A DNA stretch of 64,000 nt, taken from contig NC_019693.1 in NCBI RefSeq assembly GCF_000317105.1, positions 3,967,227 through 4,031,226 of the forward strand, written 5' to 3'. Below are positions 39,501-45,900 of this stretch, one piece after another. The notes under the pieces are model-generated. The model saw nothing but the letters and a program-made list of their open reading frames with translations, was not told the origin of the DNA and did no database searches. This stretch comes from Oscillatoria acuminata PCC 6304 (lineage in GTDB: Bacteria; Cyanobacteriota; Cyanobacteriia; Cyanobacteriales; Laspinemataceae). Numbering within the stretch: position 1 is the stretch's first letter; the number at the start of each line of letters is the position of its first letter. The position numbers and the translations under genes were made by a program.

Positions 39501-39932
39501 CCCACATAAAGCCGGTATGCTAACTATTAACAGCAGTTGATTCGCTGCCAGAGTGATAGCCAAAACTCGCAGGTTAGAATCCTTTTCTCCATCAAAAGAG
39601 ATAGATTTTTCTGTGGTAAAAATAGCTTGAATTTTGCCTTGGACATCTTCAGGAGAAACCGCATTAAAATCAAGGGTTTGCCAATAAAACCCACTTTGAT
39701 TGTCAATTACCATCACCGGGGTTTTCATCCCCGGGATGCGACGAAATTGGGTCCTCAAAATATCGTGGCGATTCACCACCGTTTGGATGGCAGATTGTAA
39801 CCGTTCGAGGTCAACTTTTCCGGAAATGAGAACGCTACATTGAGCGCGATAAGCTGGATTTTCTGCCTGATAGGACCACAAGCGTTTTTGTTGGGGGGAA
39901 AGCCGAAAACCGGCTTGATGATTACTGTGCAT
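33591..39932 (-). CDS. NRPS, two modules: N-terminal C-like domain lacking HHxxxDG, then A-T-C-A-T
   Basis: N-terminal domain has 'GFRLSPQQKRLW...' with 'VSIPALCGDNGTL' at the HHxxxDG position. A1 'LAYILFTSGSTGQPKAV' with 'LSADLGNT' (Asp-like D235/L236/T239 by eye). Canonical C 'HHIVSDGWS'. A2 'LAYVIYTSGSTGKPKGA'. Two T domains. Confidence 0.85.
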   Translation of the reverse strand: MHSNHQAGFRLSPQQKRLWSYQAENPAYRAQCSVLISGKVDLERLQSAIQTVVNRHDILRTQFRRIPGMKTPVMVIDNQSGFYWQTLDFNAVSPEDVQGKIQAIFTTEKSISFDGEKDSNLRVLAITLAANQLLLIVSIPALCGDNGTLKNWVAEVSLAYSGQLDDASEEEGVQYVQFSEWQHELLGEAGEVESGLAYWQQQDFSALERMKLPLQILTPIQEPFTPESYSWTIDSQGGTQLQTLAQQWEISPAVLLLTCWQILLHRISGESELIVGTIYNIRDDYEELESVFGLLSHCLPVRLHLAGELSLKKAVNLTTKSLTESVEWQDYIHSESLEFHRVGFPIGFEFISLPGPQSVDGISFSITQPFTHSEPFQVKLTVTALTHGLKAELSYDKNHYSNDYIQQLAEQFETLLIQAIAHPTQGISQLPILPEPQRQFLFQLNQTEKSYPIKEGMHQLFEEAVNNSPDAIALVFEETHLTYRQLNEQSNQLAHYLKKLGVGPDAVVGILTHRSHLSLVAMLGILKAGGAYLPLDAELPLEALSLRLQDIQPVAVVTEQSLSHRLPNCPFVCLDGDTLQGESAENLAPSATENNLAYILFTSGSTGQPKAVAIAHRQILNYCYAIQDRLNLPTPGSFALVSTLSADLGNTVIFPALCGGTLHIISKMRSSDPEALAEYFRQHPIDCLKIVPSHLMALLGGDRPSDILPRHCLVLGGETATWEAVATIRESAPNCRIFNHYGPTETTVGVLTYEVPQTHPPYAKTVPLGSAIANTQIYILDQHQQPVPIGVTGELYIGGAGVARGYLNRPELTQDKFIPNPFQTSPENRLYKTGDRARYLPDGTIEFLGRVDEQVKIRGFRIELGEIETVLAQHPTVRETVVTLREDEPGNPRLVAYIVPSGKLDTEAIREFLAQRLQEYMIPTAFVAMDSLPLTANGKRDRRALPTPDTQLATATEYIAPSTPVEAAIAGIWAELLHCPAISIHDDFFALGGHSLLATQAISRLRATFQVELPLKTLFEATTLGTLAERIEQAIQAELGLEIPAIVPTSRGETAPLSFAQQRLWFLDRLDPGSPSYNLPRAVRITGKLNPTALEQCFTEIVRRHEILRTQFVTVNRHPVQQIIPATPFTLPVIDLQGLSPEDCEAEVRRLTEAEAGQGFNLESSRLLRGQLLQLSATEWVLLFTLHHIVSDGWSTAVLIRELAALYPAFSEGKPSPLPALPIQYADFALWQKNWLQGAVLETQLGYWKQQLGGSLPVLELPTDKPRPPVQTFRGNSESLTLPYPLSESLKQLSGRQGVTLYMTLLAAFKTLLYRYSGQEDILVGSPIANRNHGEIEQSIGFFVNTLVLRTNLSDSPSFSQLLTRVRDVTLGAYAHQDLPFEKLVEALQPERDLSRSPLFQVMFIFQNAPVTPLELPGLTLEPLEHRNGTAKYDLSLYVRETESGLQATWEYNTDLFEPATIQRMQGHWQTLLEAVATAPETPISHLPLLTPTEEQQLLGQWNQTQADYPQTACLHQLFEAQVELTPEEVAVEFAGVHLTYRQLNAKANQLAHYLQGLGVEPERLVGLCIDRSVEMVIALLGILKAGGAYVPLDPSYPPERLEFMVSDSQVPILLTTEQLLSELPENQALVLCLDTEWSAIAHQSDENPVSGIEPDNLAYVIYTSGSTGKPKGAMNTHRGICNRLLWMQDSYELTASDRVLQKTPFSFDVSVWEFFWPLLTGARLIVAQPDGHKDSTYLVKLIAESQITTVHFVPSMLQVFLEERGLENCHSLRQVFCSGEALPKELADRFLARLGAKLHNLYGPTEAAVDVTFWECDRASPLNIVPIGRPVANTQIYILDPSLQPVPIGVKGELYIGGVQLARGYLNRPELTAEKFIQNPFDEPGQRLYKTGDLVRYLPNGDIDYLGRIDNQVKLRGYRIELGEIEAVLAQHPQVQQSVVTLREERLVAYWVKASTELIFPDLKGFLKTKLPAYMVPTAFVELETLPLTPNGKIDRKSLPEPDFTGPQETWVAPRTALEQQLAELWSEVLGIERIGLYDNFFELGGHSLLATQLISRIREVFQVELPLKTLFEATTIAQLGEAVAQGQAPVKVPAIARASRQGRQVKRSELN

Positions 39933-42900
39933 GAGCTTCCTCCATAACTGGGAATTGAATATCTGCTCGCTGCACCATTTCCCCCATTGCTACGACAATT
40001 TTCCGGGGTCCGACGAAGGGGTTACGACTATGAGCAGCCAGCATATTATCTAACATGACCACATCTCCTTGTTGCCAGGAAAATGTGACGGCGAGGTTTT
40101 CATAGAGAGTGGCAATTTCAGCGATGGTTTCCTCTTCTATTGCCGAACCATCTCCATAATAAACGTTGCGGGGTAATTTATTTTCTCCAAACAAAGAAAG
40201 TAATGATTCCCGCACAGAAACATCCAAACAGCCAATGTGATGTAACAGGATTTGATTGAAAAATACCCATTCTCCGGTTTGCGGATGCTTGGCGATCGCC
40301 GGTTGAATTTTTTCCGTTCTTAATCCATTATCGGGCAACCATTGGCAGCGAATTCCCGCTTGATTGCAATAGTTTTCAACCACGGCGCGCTCATCGGTAT
40401 GGAAAAATTCTTGCCAACTGACATCTAATCCTTCCGTAAAAGTCCGGACATACATTAGCTGCTTTTGAGCTAATTTTTCTCGGATTTGAGGGTTGAGATA
40501 TTGATAGACTTTCCGACAATCCACAATCGGGGTTTCGCCCCCTTCCTGCGCCGGTTGAGCACAGAAAAACCAGATTTTTAAGGGCCAACAATGGAGATGA
40601 GAACTTTCATTATGAAAGAGAATGGCTTTATCCGCTGGATAGGGAGTCGAACCATAAACTTTACCGCTGATTCCCTCCCGAGGCAAATCTCCATATTCGC
40701 CAAATAGTTGGGGACAAATTCCTTGGGCGAATTGCTCAAAATTCCCCGGAGTTTGCAATCCAAAATTGCGGAATAAAATACCACCATGCTGCTGCAACTG
40801 GGTTTGGATAAACTCGCGGTTATGAGTCGCCCATTCCACGGCATCTAGTTCGGAAACACGGGGGGTAATGACCAGGGGAAAGGTTTCACCGGGGGTTAAA
40901 TACTCGGTGTTGATTAATCGTTCTGGGGATAAATCAACGGTTTGCGCTTGCACCGCTTTAAAGGTTTTTAATTTCAGGGACTTACGCGCTTGTTTTTGCA
41001 TAGCTTGTTGTTCTCGTTCGGATTCCGGGATGAAGTCGAGGGCGTCCAGGCGACTATCGGATTGGGTGGAAATATTGCTGAGTAAGGTGACAAAATGATG
41101 GGAAAACTTGACAATTGCACCCTCCTCAAATTTGTCAGCATTGTACTGCCATTTTCCCGCAATTCCCGATTCAGTTTCCGTTAGAAATAGGGCGATATCA
41201 AAGCGGGCGATGCCGGTATCCACTGCCACGGGTTCCAGGGTTAACCCGGACAGTTCTAAGGGCGGCATGGGTGCATTTTGTAAGACAAACAGCACTTGGA
41301 ATAAGGGATTGGCAGTAGACTGGCGATCGGGACGCAAGGTTTCTACCAATTTCTCAAACGGAACATCCTGATGGGCGTAAGCATCTAAGGTGACTTGTTT
41401 CACCCGGGTTAACAGTTCCCGAAATGAAGGATTTCCTGACAAATTCGTGCGTAAGACGAGGAGATTTATGAAAAATCCGATTAATCCCTCGGTTTCCAGG
41501 GAACTGCGGTTGGCGAGGTCCGTTCCCACCACTACATCATCACATTGAGTATAGCGGTAGAGGAGGGTCTGGAATCCTGCCAACAGGGTCATAAACAGGG
41601 TGACATTTTCTTGGTGACTGAGGACCTGCACCCCACGGGCCACCTCTGCCGGAATTTGGAAGGTATAGGTTGCCCCTTTTCGGCTGCTGATGGGCAGTTG
41701 GGAACGAGAACCGGGCAAGTTGAGGACCGGGAGAGTTCCCCCTAACTGCTGCTTCCAGTATGCCAATTTATGCTCTAATATTTCCCCTTGTAAGACATGA
41801 CGCTGCCATACCGCAAAATCAGCATACTGGATGGGCAGTTCCGGAAGGGCTACGGATTTTCCGGTGGAAAAGGCGTCATACAGGGTTGCTATTTCTCGAA
41901 TCAATACCCCCATTGACCAGCCATCGGCAATAATGTGGTGTAAGACGAGAACCAACAGGCGATCGCCCTCATGTTGGATCAGGGTAACTCGCAATAGCGG
42001 AAGCTGTTCTAAATCAAAGGGTTTGAGGGATTCTGCTACAGCAGTTTTCACCCCCTCTGCCTCCCAGTCTTCCGAGGCAACTTCGGACAAATCCAGAGTC
42101 ACGATGTTTACCCGCAATTGCGGCGCAATGGCTTGGATCGGTTGTCCGTCAATAGCGGGAAAGCTCGTCCGTAGGGCTTCGTGACGGTCAATTACCGCAT
42201 TGAGACTTGCCTCCAATGCTGCTTCATCCAAGTTCCCCGTCAGCCGCAGGACCGCCGGTATATTATAGGTTGCCGTTCCGGGTTCCAATTGTTCCAGGAA
42301 CCACAAGCGTTGCTGGGCAAAGGATAGCGGTAAATTCTGATTCCGAGAGACGGGCATCAGGGGGAAGCTGGCGGTTACGGTTGCACCTGAAATCCGGGAT
42401 GCAAACTCTCTCACTGTGGGCGATTCAAACAAACTCCGCAGGGGGAGTTCCACCTGGAATGTATGAGGAATCCGGGATATCAGTTGAGTTGCCAGTAAGG
42501 AATGACCCCCTAACTCGAAGAAATTCTCCTCAACCCCGACTTGTTCTAACCCCAGAACCTGCGCCCAAATCTCGGTTAACTGTTGTTCTAGGGGAGTTGC
42601 CGGGGCAATGTGAGCCTCTTTTCCTTGGCGACTGGGGGCAGGAAGGGCTTTCCGGTCAATTTTACCATTGGGGGTTAATGGCAAAGTGTCTAAGACGACA
42701 AAAGCCGCTGGAATCATGTAATCGGGCAATTGTTGCTTGAGAAGCTGTCGCCATTGAGAACTATTCGGTTCTGCTTGGGGATGTAATACCACATAAGCGA
42801 CTAACCACGTATCTCCCGGGGTATCTTCTCGGGCAATCACGACCCCTTGGCGCACCTCGGGATTCTTTGCCAATACCGACTCTATCTCACCGAGTTCAAT

Positions 42901-45900
42901 CCGGAATCCCCGAATTTTGACTTGATTATCGACCCGTCCGATATATTCTAACGTGCCATCCGGACGATACCGCGCTACATCCCCTGTTTTATAGAGTTTC
43001 ACCTCGGGATTTTCGGCAAAAGGACTGGGGATAAATTTCTCAGAGGTTAATTCCGGCTGATGCAGATATCCGGCTGCCAATCCTGCGCCTCCAATATATA
43101 AATCTCCGGGGATGCCGACAGGAACTGGCTGCAATGCCTGATCCAAGAGGTAAATTTGGGTATTCGCGACTGCCCGTCCGATGGAAACAGTCTCCTCCCC
43201 CGGAGTCACCGGATACAGAGTAGACCAAATGGTAGTTTCCGTCGGTCCATATAAATTCCAGACGGAACCTGCCCGATTACACAACTCATCCGCCAGCAGT
43301 CGCGGCAGGGCTTCCCCGCCACAGAGGATTTTAAGCTGCGGGCGACCCTGCCATCCGCTTTCGATTAACATCCGCCAAGTTGATGGCGTTGCTTGCATGA
43401 CAGTTATCTGTTGCGAGTCCAAAAGTGAGGCTAATTGCTGCCCGTCTGTCGCCACTTCGCGACTGGCAATAATCACGCAAGCGCCTACGGTGAGGGGGAG
43501 AAACAGTTCTAATGCGGCAATATCAAAAATCAGCGTTGTCACCGCTAACAGGCGATCGCCACAAGTTATGCCCGGTTCCCGCTTCATCGAAGTGAGAAAA
43601 TTAACCACACTCCGATGCCGCAATTGCACCCCTTTCGGTCGCCCCGTAGACCCCGACGTATAAATAATATACGCCAAATCCTCAGCCCGCGCAGGCGGGC
43701 TTTGTTCGTATAGCCCCACCCTTCCAGGGTGCGGGTTCATAGCATCCAAACACACCACCCGCGCCTGATGACTGGGTAACGTCGAAATCAGATGCTGCTG
43801 AGTGAGAATCACCCCCGCTTGGGAATGTTCCAGCATATATTGAAGCCGATCGCCCGGAAGTGCAGGGTCCAGAGGAAGATAGGCAGCCCCAGATTTGAGA
43901 ATTCCCAACAGTCCCACCAGCATTTCTAACGAGCGATCGACGTAAAGCGCCACTGCCTGATTCCGTTGTACGCCTATGGATTGCAAATATTGGGCTAACT
44001 GACTGGCGCGATCGCTCAACTCCTGATAAGTGAGAGATTGCCCCTCAAAAACTGCCGCCACTGCATCCGGGGTTTTGGCAACTTGCGCCTCAATTAATTC
44101 ATGAATACAGGCAGTTTCTGGATACTCTGCTGCCGTATCATTCCACTGGTGCAAGAGTTGTGCCTGTTCATTTGCAGTCAACATCGGCATTTCCGATATC
44201 CGGGCGTCGGGACCGGCAACCGCACTTTCTAGCAGGGTTTGGAAATGTCCTAGCATTCGTGAGATTGTCCCTGCCTCGAACAAATCTGTACTATATTCCA
44301 GAGTCGCCAACAATCCTTGACGGGTTTGGGCGATCGCCAGGGTGAGGTCAAACCGGGATTTTTTGCTGTCCAACTCCAGCAGATTTAACCGCAATCCGGG
44401 CAGTTCCAACTCCGCCATTGGGGCATTCTGGAGGACAAACATCACCTGAAAAATTGGACTATGACTCAAAGTGCGACTGGGCTGTAATGCTTCCACAAGT
44501 TGCTCAAAGGGCAAGTCTTGATGAGCATAAGCCCCCAAAGCTACCTCACGCACCCGTCCCATCAACTCCCGAAAACTGGGGGTTCCGGATAAGTCCGTTC
44601 GTAAGACAAGGGTATTGACAAAACAGCCGATTAGCCCTTCAATTTCCCCACGATTCCGGTTAGCGATGGGAGTTCCCACCCGAATATCACTTTGTCCACT
44701 ATAGCGATACAACAAGGTTTGGAACGCCGCCAGGAGGGTCATATACAGAGTCACGCCGGATTGCTGAGAGAGGGTGTTTAGGGCCTCACTCAGTTCAATC
44801 GGCAGGGTGAGAGATTGGGTCGCCCCCCGGAAGGATTGCACCCCTGGACGAGGGTAATCCGTGGGCAAGTCTAATCCGGGCAAATCTCCCCCCAGTTGGC
44901 GCTTCCAATAGTCCATCTGCGCCCCTAACCTGGCCTGATTCAGCCATTGGCGCTGCCACAGGACAAAATCGGCATATTGTACTGCCAGGGCGGGCAAGGG
45001 GGAAATCCTGCCGGTAGAATAGGCACCGTATATCGTCCCTAATTCCTGAATCAGCACCCCCATTGACCAGCCATCGGAAACAATGTGATGAATGACAAAC
45101 AGGAGAATAAATTCATCCGGTTGTAATTGGAACAGGGTCAAGCGGACTAGGGGAGGCTGGGTTAAATCAAAGGGTTGTTGCACCCAGGCAACTGCTAGGG
45201 ATGGTACTTGGGACTCCTCACAGGAAATGACCGGCAGGGTAATTCTCACCTCGGGCATAATTTCCTGGATGACGCAGCCCTCGCCCTCGACAAACCGAGT
45301 CCGTAAGGTGTCGTGACGGCGAGCAATTTCGTTAAAACTCTCTTCTAGGGCGGGAATATTTACCTGACCCTGTAATCGCACAGCAGCCGCACTGTTATAG
45401 GTTCCGGGTTCCAATCCTTCCAAAAACCATAACCGTTCCTGAGAGAAGGAAAGGGGAACTGCGCCGGTTTTGGATACTGGAACGATCTCCGGTATATCCA
45501 GCTTTTCTCCTGCGGCAAGGGAGGTTTCGATGCAGTCGGCTAATTGTGCGAGAGTGGGGGTTTCAAATAGACTCCGCAGGGGCAACTCTACCCCAAATGT
45601 ATCTCGAATTTGAGAGACGAGTTGGGTTACCAGGAGAGAATGTCCCCCGACTTCAAAGAAATTATCTTCTCTGCTAATCGGATGGCGCTGCAACAGTTGC
45701 GCCCAAATCCCTGCCAGCAGTTCTTCTACGGGAGTTCGGGGTGCGATCGCCTCAGACTGACCCTGTAATTCCTCCGGTGTGGGAAGTGCCTGCCGGTTCA
45801 CCTTGCCATTGGGGGTGAGAGGGAAACTGTCCAAGACAGCGAAGGTGCTAGGAATCATGTAATCTGGTAAGCGTTGACTGGCAAACTGCCGCAACTCCCG

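Noticed and set aside
40900-42300. Third C domain of the 2913-aa NRPS as an inactive recruitment ('X-like') domain for the fused TauD
   Set aside because: It retains an intact 'HHIIADGWS' catalytic motif, so it is more simply the condensation domain serving the next protein's first module.
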